Of a DNA stretch of 64,000 bases, positions 37,792 to 49,300 are shown piece after piece. Position 1 is the first letter of the stretch, and each line of letters starts with the position of its first letter. Below the pieces are notes generated by a model. The model saw only the letters and a list, made by a program, of their open reading frames with translations. It was not told the origin of the DNA and did no database searches. The DNA comes from Raillietiella orientalis (Eukaryota): contig JAYWIR010000084.1 of assembly GCA_036172245.1 (NCBI GenBank), forward strand, positions 186,001-250,000, given 5' to 3'. Both the position numbers and the translations under genes were made by a program.

Positions 37792-39531
37792 GCGGCAAAC
37801 CTTCGCCGGTGCCGCACGCGTTTTTGGTCAGCTCCCGTGAGCGAAACCAAGCCTAGTTGTTGTGTAGTTTGGAAGTGCGGCCGTTGGTAGGCAGAAATGC
37901 CTGAAGACGCCGCAGTACCTGCGACGGGAGACGTGAGACCCACGTCTCCCCAACCTATGGAGGTGGGGTCATGCCCCACCAGAAAATCAGCCCCCGCCAC
38001 CCCGGCGAGGGCGTGGAACAAGGTGGCCGCGGCGGCTCCGCCGGACGTGGCCGCCGAAGTGCAGGCCTACATAAAGGAGGGCTACAACCCAGCGCTCCTT
38101 TACAAGGTAGGAAATCTTTATTCACCGCTTACAACGCGGAAATTTGGAAACGCCATCCGTAGGATGGGAATCTCTGACGAGGAGATTCTTTGCTTCTCGA
38201 TTCGGAGCGGCGGGCAGTTCGCGGAGCTGATCTGCAAAGATGGAGCGCTCACACAAACTGCTCTGCACGCCCGTTCCGTTCGAAGGGCGGAAGCTCCTCC
38301 CACACACGGTGGATCACTCTATGGTGATCCAACTCACGGGTACAACGGTACGGATGACCGATGAAGCCATCCGCACTGAAATCAACAAATTTGCGGAGAT
38401 ATACGCGATGTGGTCAAAGCCCAACGTCTTCACTTATCGAGGCGCATTCAGTGAGCAAGTGGCCGCACGCGTAACTCTCCGCGAAAATAAAGAACTTCCC
38501 CACAAGCTTGAAGTCAACGACGAGCTCGTCGACCTTTGGTACGTGGGGAAGGAAAAATACTGTGGGCTGTGCAACAGATTCGGGCATCTTAAAAAGAGAT
38601 GCCCGGTTGCCACATGCCCAACCCGCGGCGCGAAGGGCCACACTAGTGCTGTGTGCCCGATAAACGCCGCGACAACGCCTTCAGCCCCTTCGACAAATGA
38701 GGGAAAGAAGGCATGAAACCAAAAAAAGAGCGACCAACAACCGACCTCAGAAGAAGTCGTGCACAAGGAGCAGCAGCCTCAAAAGGAGACTTCTAAGCCA
38801 ACTGCCGACGAGGAAAACTGGAAAGTCGTGTCGAAAAAAAAAACAAAGGAAACACAAAAAAAAACAAAAACTCCAAAAAAAAATAATAATAATACAAATC
38901 AGAACGCGAGCGTTCCCAAAAAACCCGCGGGGATGGGGGCAGAAAAAAAATAAAATAAAAGAGAAAAACAAACCACAAAAAAAGTTCGCAGGGCCGGGAA
39001 GGGATCACAGAAAACTGCTAGGTGGACCCCTTTTTTGCAGGATGCCTTCTAGTTTTATTTTCAGTTTTCCTAGATGGGGCCATCGGGTAGCTCTCTGCAG
39101 CAAGCGAGAAGCATACTCGATGACGTCCCTTACCATGCAGTCTTCATCTTTGACATCACTCCAGGCCGCCACGATACCACGAATGCACCAAAGTGTTGCC
39201 AGGGCTGCGGCTGGACTGAGGGCGTCCCGCACGAAGACAAGACTGTAGACACATCCAACATTGCCACCATCAGGTATTGCAAGGGCCCTTTTAAGACGAT
39301 ACCCAAGAATCCGGACGGCAGGGCATTCAACTAAGAGGTGGGGGAGCGACTCCCGCTCCCCACACCTGGCACACGCAGGATTTACTCTTCCCCGCGTCCA
39401 GTGGTAGCGGCGCGCGTTGCAGGGTAGACCCCAATGCAGCCACAGAAGCGCCGATTCTTGCCACTTCAGGGGAAGAATCCTGGATCCAAGTAGAACCGGG
39501 GGCCACTTCAGGTCATCCAATCGAATGCCGA
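37792..39531. mobile_element. Duplicate of E10 (+, 37792-38923) and a minus-strand LINE 3' part (38924-39531) running into the gap
   Basis: Matches 27181-28770. Confidence 0.9.
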
Positions 39532-39629
39532 NNNNNNNNNNNNNNNNNNNNNNNNNNNNNNNNNNNNNNNNNNNNNNNNNNNNNNNNNNNNNNNNNNNNN
39601 NNNNNNNNNNNNNNNNNNNNNNNNNNNNN
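39532..39629. other. Assembly gap (98 N)
   Basis: Run of N. Confidence 0.99.
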
Positions 39630-42600
39630 GTCAACACAGTCTAACGCCTTGTGCGCTCTAGGGTGGACGTGTTTTCTCAGTGCTCCTCGTGCCAGGAAAT
39701 CTCCCCCAGTGCAAGCGTCGTGTGGTTCGGTGGTCGATCAGGCAGCGATGCCTGACGCGACCACCAGGGATGGCCAGGGGGTAGCGGTAACGCCGCCCCC
39801 AGAGGCGATGGAGAGCCAGGGGGCGGCGGCAACGTCGCCCCCAGAGGCGATGGAGGTGGGGGCATCCGCCCCCACAGAATCGGTCCCCGCTGCAGCGCGG
39901 GCGTGGAGCGCCGTTGTGTCGGCGCCATCGCCTGCAGTCGCGGCGGAATTGTCGGCCTATGTAGAGGAGGGGTACAACCTTTCATTGTTCTACAAGGTAG
40001 GCAATTTATATTCTTTAGAGAGCGCGCGCGCCTTCTCGAAGGGCATGCGCGCTCTCGATGTGAAAGAGGAGGAGCTCAGCGCTATGACCATCCGCAGCGG
40101 GGGTCAGTACGTTGAGAACATCTGCAAACATGCAGAGCTGGCCCAACGACTGCTTAAAACCCCCGTTGTGATGGGGACGCGCAGGCTTCTCTTCACTACG
40201 GCGGACCGCAGCATGGTGGTCCACCTGTTAGGCGTGACCGCGCGAATGCGCAAAGAACAGGTTCGCGCCGCTTTGCAACAGTTTGGAACGGTCCACGCGC
40301 AGTGGACGGAAGTTAGTCCTTTCGAGGACTACACGGAGCTGCAACACGGCCTCACTGCTGCGGGCGTGACCGTTCGGGAGGGCTGCACTCTTCCCCACAA
40401 ACTGGTGGTCGAAGGCGAAACCGTCGACCACTGGTATGTGGGGAAGCCGAAATACTGTGGCTTCTGCAATACGTCGGGCCACCTCAAAAAGAGGTGTCCC
40501 AATGTGCAGTGCCAAGTATGCGGCACAATGGGCCACACGAGGGAGGTGTGCCCAAAAGCAGCAGTGCGGGTGGTTTCCAAGAGAAACCTTAAAAAACGTG
40601 TCCGGCTTCTGCAGAAAAGACTGGCGGCGAAAGCTGCCGCGAAGGCTGTGCCACCCGCGCCCAAGACCCAGGCCGCACCCGTGACCCCGGCGACAAATGC
40701 CGAAAAAGTTGAGGGAGCCGGCCACTAGACTGAGTGGCAAGTGGCAACAGCCAAAAAATCAAAGAAGGAGAGGAGGATGGAAAAGAAAATCGCCTACCAA
40801 CAGAAGAAGAAAGAGCAGGGTAGCGCGATAATTAAAGAGTGCAGCGTCGTTGTCGAACGCGTTCTCGATGTTGCCGAACGCTGCCGGAAAGAACTCGCCG
40901 CTACCGACGACCTCCCCTCTGTTGACACAGTCAACAGCGAGGGGAGCGAGCCGGCGGCGTCGTCCGTCATCGACACCACCATCGATGACGTAGCCTTCGC
41001 GCGAGCCGCGGAGGAGCTGGCAGCCTCGTTGCAGCCAGAACCCTCCAAGGCCGGGAAGAAGGCCGTAAGGCGTCCGGCCTCCCCTCAGGAGTCCCCCAAT
41101 TCCGACCCCGAGGTGGAGGCCGGAAGCGCAGCCTCCGTTTTTACGGCACCGCGCAAGAAGGCTGGACGTAAGTCCACAAAGCCAAGGAAGCTCGTCTCCC
41201 CCGTCGAAGGGGAAGAGATGGCTTCCTCAAGCGAGGGTGCCATGAGCGTGGGAAACTCTCCGGACCCGTCGCACGAGAGACTCCTACGCACGGACACCGA
41301 GGGGATGGAGGGGGTGGAGGCCGAACAGGTGCCTCAGGTGTCTGAGAAGGCCGAAACCCCCATGGACATCCCGCCCGCCACGCAAGAGGAGGGCTCCATC
41401 ACACCTTAATCTTCCCAGCAGTAATGCCGGGAATCTCCTCCCGCCGTCGTCTGCGCATCGCCGTTTGGAACGTGAACGGCATGACAGACGCCGTCAGGAG
41501 ACGAGACATGGCCGCCCTTCTGGAGTCCTACGACCTTGCGCTGCTGCAGGAGATCCACGTGATCTCTGCAGAACAAGCGCAAGAGATCGAACGGATCTCC
41601 GGAGGGCGGCTATGGTACAGGTGTGGGAGAGCGAAAAGTTGCGGTGTCGCCTACCTGCTTCGGCCAGCCATCCAAGCCGCGGCTCGGGGCGTGCGGTTCG
41701 ACGATCACGGTCGTGTCGGCCAGCTGACTCTCAGGTGGTCCGACTCGATCGATCTGATCGTCACGAACGTGTACGCACCGAGCGGCAAGGACGTGATGAA
41801 CAGGAGGGCGAGGAAAGAGTTTTTCCTTGCCCTCCGGCGAGACTAGATGACCGAAGCAGGCGTGCGGAATGCCCATCTGGTTGCAGGCGATTTCAACGTT
41901 CGCCTGAAACCAGATGAGCAGAATCCCGAGCGTGACCTGGTCAACGAGGTGTGCATGGCGGTGCACACCTGTAATCTGTTGGCCAGTGCACCGGAGATGG
42001 AAGACAGCATTGACCACGTGTTTCTTGACGAGCACCTGTGCTCTCGCGTGGGCAGGCGCGGCAAGTTACCGTGCGAGCTGTCCGACCATCGCCCGCTAGT
42101 CCTCGAGATCCATCCTCGCGACAGGGGCCCCCCCTCGTCAGCGTGGCGTCTCCCAGGGGACTGGCTGAAGCTCCCGGACGCGGCGGAACATCTCCGCACG
42201 TTCATACGGAGCTTCAGTCTGCGGACACTCCAGGATTGGGACCGCTCTAAGCGGTCGGTCCAGGAGGTCTGCGACCAGTTTCCTCTGCACCGCCTACCTA
42301 CGGGTTTTGGGACCGGGGTCCGTAACGAACGAGCCTACCTGCAGGCCCGTCGTTACGCCAGGACCCCCGACATCCGCAGGCTGGCGGAATACAAAGCGGG
42401 AACCGAGAGGCAAGCCTGGCAGTCCGGATCGGTCAGCTTACTGGACGATCAGGGCGAGGAGCACTGGGCACCTGCCCAAATCCGCGGCCTGCTGCGGAGT
42501 TACTACTCCTCCCTGTATGCCAGGGCACCTCCGGAGTGGAACGCCTCACGACTCCTGCTTCCGGAAGGCGCTCCAGCGATCGGGGAGGAGCAGAGAAAGA

Positions 42601-45135
42601 CCCTCGACGAGCCTTTCACGATGGACGAGATCCTCTCGGCCATCGGAAAGCTCAAGAGGCGAAAGGCTCCAGGGGAGAACGGCCTGCCCGCGGAGTTTTA
42701 TCGAACTTTCGCGGCTGAGCTTACCCCCCTGGTACAGCAACTCACCTTGCTGATACGCGAAATATGTGACGTTCCCGCCTCGTTTCGTTCGGCAAAGGTG
42801 CGGCTCATCCCTAAGGGAGGAGATCTGAGGAGCATGAACAACTGGCGTCCCATCACAATAGGGAATGCGGACTACAAGTTGATAGCCAAGATGTGGGCAG
42901 AGCGTCTGGGACGGGTTGCCAACATCTTCATGAGCCCGGAACAGACATATGCTGTTCCCGGGCGAAGCACGGAGCCGAACCTGTTCCACGCTTCCACCTG
43001 GCAAGAGCTCCAACATGAAAGGAGCTTGGTGCGCAGCCGTAATTCCGTTGCGTGCGCCGGCAAGGGGTTGGATGGTCGGGTGGGGGAGGGAGCCCTTGCG
43101 GTCGTAATCGACTTGCGAAAAGCATTCGATTGAGTCGACCAGAATCTCCTTCTGGAGATTCTGGAACGCTTGGGCTTCCCTGCCTCATTAGTGGCCTATC
43201 TGCGCTCCTGCTGACGCGACGCACTCCTCAATGTTACTTTCAGCGGACAGACCGTGCACGGCGTGCCGGTGCGGCGTGGGAACCGGCAGGGAGACAGCCT
43301 GAGCCCCTTGCTCTTCAGTACCTACTTGGAGTTGGTACTGAGAGCGTACAGGGGAACTCTGGCGCTCCTGCCGCACGACTGTGCCGGTACGCCAGCCGTT
43401 TAAGCATACGCGGACTACCTTTTGCTGCTGCTCCCTATGTCCAGCCCGGCTGCGGCGGTCGAGGAGTTTTTCGACCTGCTGCATCGGGGAACCTGAATTA
43501 CTGTGAACAGGGCGAAGTCGTCCGTGATGCCAGTTGGTGAGGCGTGGGCAGGGCAGCAGGACTGGGTCCGTTTGGGGATCCCCACGGTGAGGTACTTCAA
43601 GTACCTTGGTGTGCCGTTGGGGGACTACTCCCCTGCGGAAGCTTGGTCCGGCTGCCTCCAAAACGTAGAGACGGCGATCGGCCCGTTCCGAGGCGGCAGG
43701 TTTTTCCTGCCTGATCGGGCCGCGGTTCTGAACAGGTTCGCGGCTCCTCTCCTCCGCTCCCTGCTTTTTGTTTGCCCCCCCACAGAGAGAATTAAAAAGA
43801 GGACAAAAAACCTCCTCCGTATCGCCCTTTGGGGCAACGGGAGGGCCCGAGTCCGCACAAAGGATTTGTGCGCTCCTCGTCGGGACGGTGGTCTGGGCCT
43901 CCTGACGCTGGAGCGGCTGGAGCTTCAGCTCCAGTTCCGCTTGTCGGCACTCGTTCCAGAGTTGTGTTGCACCTGTTGGTGCGTCCCTGCACGTCTCCTA
44001 CTTCTGCAAGCCACCGGCAAGACGGGACTGACGTGGTTTCTTGCACTCCGTCGGCGCGTCAACCGATGCGGACTTCAGCTACGGAGGGTGGCTGCGCTGC
44101 ATCGGAAAAACCCAGAATTGCTCACCTGTCGCCCTTTGAACGGTAGTGCCTGGTTGCAGGAAACCGTTCGAACGTGGGGACAGTTCGGCATGCAACGCTC
44201 CCAACAGGAACGAAGGTTCCTGTTTGGGGATTACAGAAGTTGCACGCTCCGCGAGATTCTGGAGGATCCATAGAAGAGAGCATGGGCAGGAAGAACCCCA
44301 CTCGCTGCTGCGCTGCTCTACTTGATGGAAGATCTGGACAGCGATGTTGCGGCGAAGTGGGAGGTTGCAGTTACAATCTCCGGGAAGGAGTAGAAAATAG
44401 GAGTGGAAGACGGGTCAGCTGACTGACGCTGCGACCCCGAGTACGCCTCCCAATGGACTTCTGCGCAGGGGCGCGCTGCTCGATGTTCCCATTGAACATC
44501 TGAAGTGGCCCCCGGTGCTCATGAACACTTTCCCCCTCCCCTTAAAATACCAGGAGTCGGCTGTCATGTTGCAGCCCTGGGGACTCCCCTGCAACGCCCG
44601 CCGACACCACTGGACCTGGGGAGCGGTGGACCCCAATTGCGTCAGGTGTGGGGATCGGGAGTCCCTCCCCCACCTGCTAGTGGATTGTGTTGCTCTTCGG
44701 CCTTTTTGGTTTCGCTTTGCCGCGGCCATCGGTATCTCTTGCGGCAACCCCAGGGACGCACTGAAAGCCCTCTTCGTTGCTGACGCCCTTCGTCCAGCGG
44801 CCTCGTTAGCAGCTTTGTGCTGCCTCCGCGGGATGGTCACTGCTTGGAGCAAGGCAACGGGAGGTCAACGCGACCAGGGTGCCATCCAGCCAGCCTCCCA
44901 GTTCCTGAGGAGGGCGTCCCGATCGCCCCACCTGGATTCATCAATACAGAAGGAGCTTGCCGGCATCCTGCAAAGGATGCAACGGCCCCACCAGCAACTG
45001 TGATCCCTTCCCTTACCCTCCCAACTTTTCTTTTCTTTTTTGTTTTGTTTTTTTGTTTTTCCCCCTTCCACCTGCTGCCGTGGTGGACCGTACCGGTCTG
45101 CGAACCGGTGACCCGGCATGCTCTGTGTTTCTTCC
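39630..45135 (+). mobile_element. Near full-length disabled LINE copy E16
   Basis: 5' motif at 39665. ORF1 starts at 39748 (CGFCNTSGHLKKRC, CQVCGTMGHTREVC). TAATG at 41422-41426. ORF2 41424-45003 has multiple stops and YADY in place of YADD. The 3' UTR lacks the terminus. Confidence 0.93.
39772..39855 (+). repeat. 42-nt tandem duplication in the ORF1 N-terminus
   Basis: Encodes GQGVAVTPPPEAME / SQGAAATSPPEAME. Confidence 0.8.
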
Positions 45136-46330
45136 TGCGTGGCTGGAGCAATGGTCCAGCCACGCACGCCCTGCAGTTGCAACAAAGCGAAGACCAGGGA
45201 GGTCAAGAGAATCCTGGATTCTCCTCTGACCAGGGAGGGGACGCCCTTCATGGAAGAGCCGCGCCCGGTGCCCTTGCGGTCGCAGTCGATCTGCGTAAAG
45301 CGTTCGATTGCGTCGACGAGGAACTCCTTCTGGAGCTCTTGGAACGCTTGGGATTCCCAGCTGTGTTCCGGGCTTACCTGCGCTCCTGCTGGCGCTTCGC
45401 TCTAATAAACATCTCTTTTAGCGGCCGGCACGTGTACGGCGTGCCGGTTCGGCGTGGAATGAGGCAGGGTGACAGTCTGAGCCCCATGCTCTTCAGCATC
45501 TATATCTCGGCAGCTAGCTGACGCTGCGACGCCGAGTGTTCCGCCCAACGGAATTCGACGCTGGGGCGAGCTACTCGGACTATCTCCGGAGGAGATGAAG
45601 TGGCCCTTAGCGTCCTGGAACAGTGGATCCCTCCCCTTGAAATGGCAGGATGTGGCGTTGCTTTTGGTACTCTGGGGATTACCATTCAAAGCACGTCTGC
45701 ACCACACCACCCGGGGGGCTGTGGATCCCAATTGTGACCGGTGTGGGGAAAAAGAAACATTCCTCCACCTTCTCCTTGAGTGTAGCGCCCTCCGTCCTTT
45801 GTGGGATCGTCTCGCGGCGATCCTGGACCTGCGCGGATGCGGTCCAAAGGACGTTTTCAGGCGCCTCTTCTGTAGTGACGCCTTGTCCCCGCTCGCTAGT
45901 GTAGCAGTCCTCTGCTGCATCAGAGGAATAGTGGCGGCTTGGAACGCCACCAGAAGAAGGCGTCAGCCAACCGGCAACGCCTTACACTGGAGTCGCCTTT
46001 TCGCGCGCAGTGTCTGCAAGTGGCGCCACTTGGGCGCTGAAAGGACTCAGCTTGTGCGGATCCTGAATAGGATCTACAGGACCTTTCCACGCGCACCGTG
46101 ATCCCTTCCCCGTCCTCTCACCCCTACAACATTTGTTCTCCCCCACATTTGAGCTTTTTGTTTCCTTTTTTTTTTCTTTATTTCCCATCCCCGCTTATCT
46201 GAAGCACCTCTCCGGCATGGAGCCGGTAACCAGCAAGCTGTTTTGCAGTGGTGAACCTTCGAGTTCGCCACGCGACATTTCATGTATTTTTATTTCAAAG
46301 AAATAAATGCCCCGGCACATTTGGGTGTGA
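45136..46330 (+). mobile_element. Internally deleted LINE 3' derivative E17
   Basis: VDLRKAFDCV..RQGDSLSPMLFSIY is joined near 45505 to QLADAATP..KWP..CDRCGEKETFLHLLLEC. Stop at 46099-46101. Terminus AATAAATGCCCCGGCACATTTGGGTG. Confidence 0.88.
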
Positions 46331-46332
46331 AT

Positions 46333-49300
46333 TGCGACGGCGCGCGTCACCATGGACGACCGGAGGCTCATGCCTTCGCAGATCCTCCTCGGTGACGTCG
46401 TCGTCTATCTCCGGTTTGCCGGGCAAACAGCCGCTTGCGGCAACTGCGGGAAGGAGAGCCACCGTCCGCGGAAGTGCCCAACACGCAGTTGCCGATACTG
46501 TAAGCTGCTCGGCCACTCGATTAACGAGTGCGTTGAGCTAAAACGAAAGAGGAGGGCGAGAAACCTCCCTGCAACATCGCCGCCCGCGCCGACTCCATCC
46601 GCCCCGTCGTCGGGGAAGAAATCCGGCGCGAACAAGGATTCGCAGCGGAGAAGTGAAAAGTCCGCTTCCGCGGGCAATTCTCGGAGCAATGCTAAAAAAA
46701 AACCCGCGCGAAAGGACAAGAAGCTTCTACAAGCTGCTTCAGTGGAGCCCCGAGAGATCCAGCCCGCCGATAACATCGGGCAGGCTGCAAAACCACCGCC
46801 GCTTCCGTCCGCTCTCGCTCCGGAGCGAAATAGCGGTGGCACGCTCGGGAAGTCCACCGGAGCTACAAAAAAGGGGTCGCGCGCCCCTTTGCCCGCGACA
46901 GGCAAGCCGGCCACGGCGGGCCGAACGCCAGCAAAGGCAGAAAAGCCTCGCGCGACCCCCGAGAATCCCGCCACTGTTCCCGCACCTCCCGGTAAGGAGG
47001 TCCAGAAGGCAGACGTGGCGATGGAGACACTGGCCTCCATCGCCGTATCCGAGGCCTTGGAAAGGATGCGAAGGACCCTAGAAGCCCTCGCGCCCAACCG
47101 GGGCAAACAGGAAGGCGGCGAGGATGGCTGGACCTTCGTCCGGGGAAAGAAGGAGCGCAAACCACGCGATCCTTCCCACTTTTCGATCAAAAAGGTAGGC
47201 GGGGTGAAGAGGGAACCCCGCGCGCCCAGAAAGGCGCAAGGAAAAGCCTCTGCTGCCGCCGCGCGCGCTGCCGCAAACACCCGCGGCGAGAGGGGAGCTG
47301 CCGAAGCCGTGACCCCGAAAGGGGGATCGGCGACGAAGGCACCCTCTAAGAGTGCTGGACCAGCTCCGGGCTGCCAGCAAACAAACAGGCAGGCGAAACG
47401 CCCGCCGCGCGCGCGCAATTCGGACTCCGAGGTGGAGTCCGAGGGCAGCGCAAAGGCTCGCCAAGCCCCGGTCAAGGCCAGGGCTGCGCGCAAGCCAAAA
47501 CTTGTCAGGCAAGAGCCTGATGCCGGGAACGGTTCCCGATGCTCCTCGGAGCCCGAGGCAATGGTCCTCGACTCCACCGAGCCGGCCGCGAGCGGCGCGG
47601 CGGGGACAGGAAGCGCTTGCGCTACCTCATCCGCCGTGCTCCCGGCTGATGCTTCGCCGGACGGTGCGAGGAACGCACCTCCATGTCCGTAGCAGCAATG
47701 CGCGTTCTCGCTTCTTCCCGTCGCGTCCGAGTGGCCTGTTGGAACGTCAACGGGCTGCAGGACAACGAGAAGAAGCGATTCGTTGCCAACGTCTTGCGCG
47801 ACTTCGATCTGGCCCTGCTGCAGGAGATTCACGCACTCTCCGAGCAGCAAGGGGCCGATCTGCAAGTTCGCGCAGGCGGGACGCTCCATTGGAGGTCAGG
47901 CTCCCAGAATACCTGCGGAGTCGCATTCCTTGTCCGGGGCAGGGTGGCGGGAGCGGTGCGGAGCGTTTGTTTCGACGAGGAAGGTCGTGTGGGCCAACTT
48001 GTTCTCAAGTGGTCCGAATCGATCAACCTTGACGTCACGAACGTGTACGCGCCGTGCGGCTCTGCGCGTCACACCGAGAAACTAGAGTTTTTCGAGAGAC
48101 TGCGCGACCGCTGGCTCAGCAACTCCGGCCCCGACGTGGCTCACCTCGTAGCCGGGGACTTCAACGTCCACGCGCTATCGGAGGAGTCTCACCGTCGCCG
48201 GGAGAAGCGGCTGTTGAACGAGGTGTGCGCGTGCGTGGACGTCTCGAATTTGCTGGCCGACGATCCCGGAATGCGTGCTTTGCCGGACCATGTGTTCCTC
48301 GACGATCACCTGCATTGTCGGGTGGGTCGAAGAGGTCCCGTGCCGTCCGAGCTTTCCGACCACTACAGGCTGGAGTTTGAGCTACTCCCGCCTGGCAAGG
48401 GCCCTCCGACGCACGTCTGGAGGTTGCCGGCCGACTGGTTGAGAAATCCGGTGACTGCGGAGCACCTCCGCCAGCATCTCCGGACCTTTGCCGTTCGAGA
48501 GCTCGTGGACTGGGACGATCTGGAAAGATCGGTACGCGAGTTCTGCAGCCGGTTCCCCTTGCGCCTGCTTCCCCGTGGCTTCCGGGAAGGCGTGGCCAAC
48601 AGCAGAGAGTTTCTGCAGGCCCGCCAATTCTTCCGATGCCCGGACGTCCGGTACCTTGCGGAGTACAAGGCCAAGGCCGAGCGCCAGGTCTGGAAGTCAG
48701 GAGCAGCTTGTCTGCCCGACGACCAGGGCCTGGAGTGCTCGGGCGCGGCCGAAGTTCGCCGCCTCCTAAAGCGCTATTACTCCTCGTTGTACGCTAGGGA
48801 GCCGACGGAACGCAGTCTCTCGGAGCTGCTTCTGCCGGCGGATACCCCGGCGGTCGACGAGGAGGAACGCGCCACTCTTGACTTGCCCTTCACGGCGGAA
48901 GAAGTGTCCTCCGCCATAGCGGGCCTCAAGAAGCGCAAGGCGCCAAATGAGGATGGTCTGCCTGCGGAGTTCTTCCAGTGCTTCGCGGCGGAACTCATCC
49001 CCCTGATGCTGAGGCTTTCTGCGCTGATGCGAGAGACGGGCAATGTCCCGGCCTCGTTTCGCTCAGCAAGGGTGCGTCTGTTGCCGAAAGGCGGAGACAT
49101 GCGCCATTTAAGCAACTGGCGTCCCATCACCTTGGTGAATGCGGACGTCAATTTGTTCTCCAGGCTGTGGATCGCGCGCTTGGGCAGGATCGCTGGATCC
49201 GTGGTAAGTCCGGAGCAGTCTTACGCTGTTCCCGGGCGGTTCATGGAGGCGAACCTGTTCTTTGCGCGCACGTGGCTCGAGCTGCAACGTCGCGTGGCGC

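Larger units (their letters stand above)
19320..39382 (+). repeat. Tandem segmental duplication with a period of ~10,611 nt (~19320-28770 versus ~29935-39382)
   Basis: Identical or nearly identical ORF pairs at a constant offset: 21510/32122, 22572/33184, 23441/34053, 27286/37897 and 27629/38240. Both units carry the same NUMT and the same junctions. Confidence 0.93.

Noticed and set aside
46405..47889. 494-aa minus-strand ORF (also 15218-16246, 22687-23532, 36424-37164)
   Set aside because: Antisense shadows of GC-rich ORF1/ORF2; no motifs and not conserved between subfamilies.
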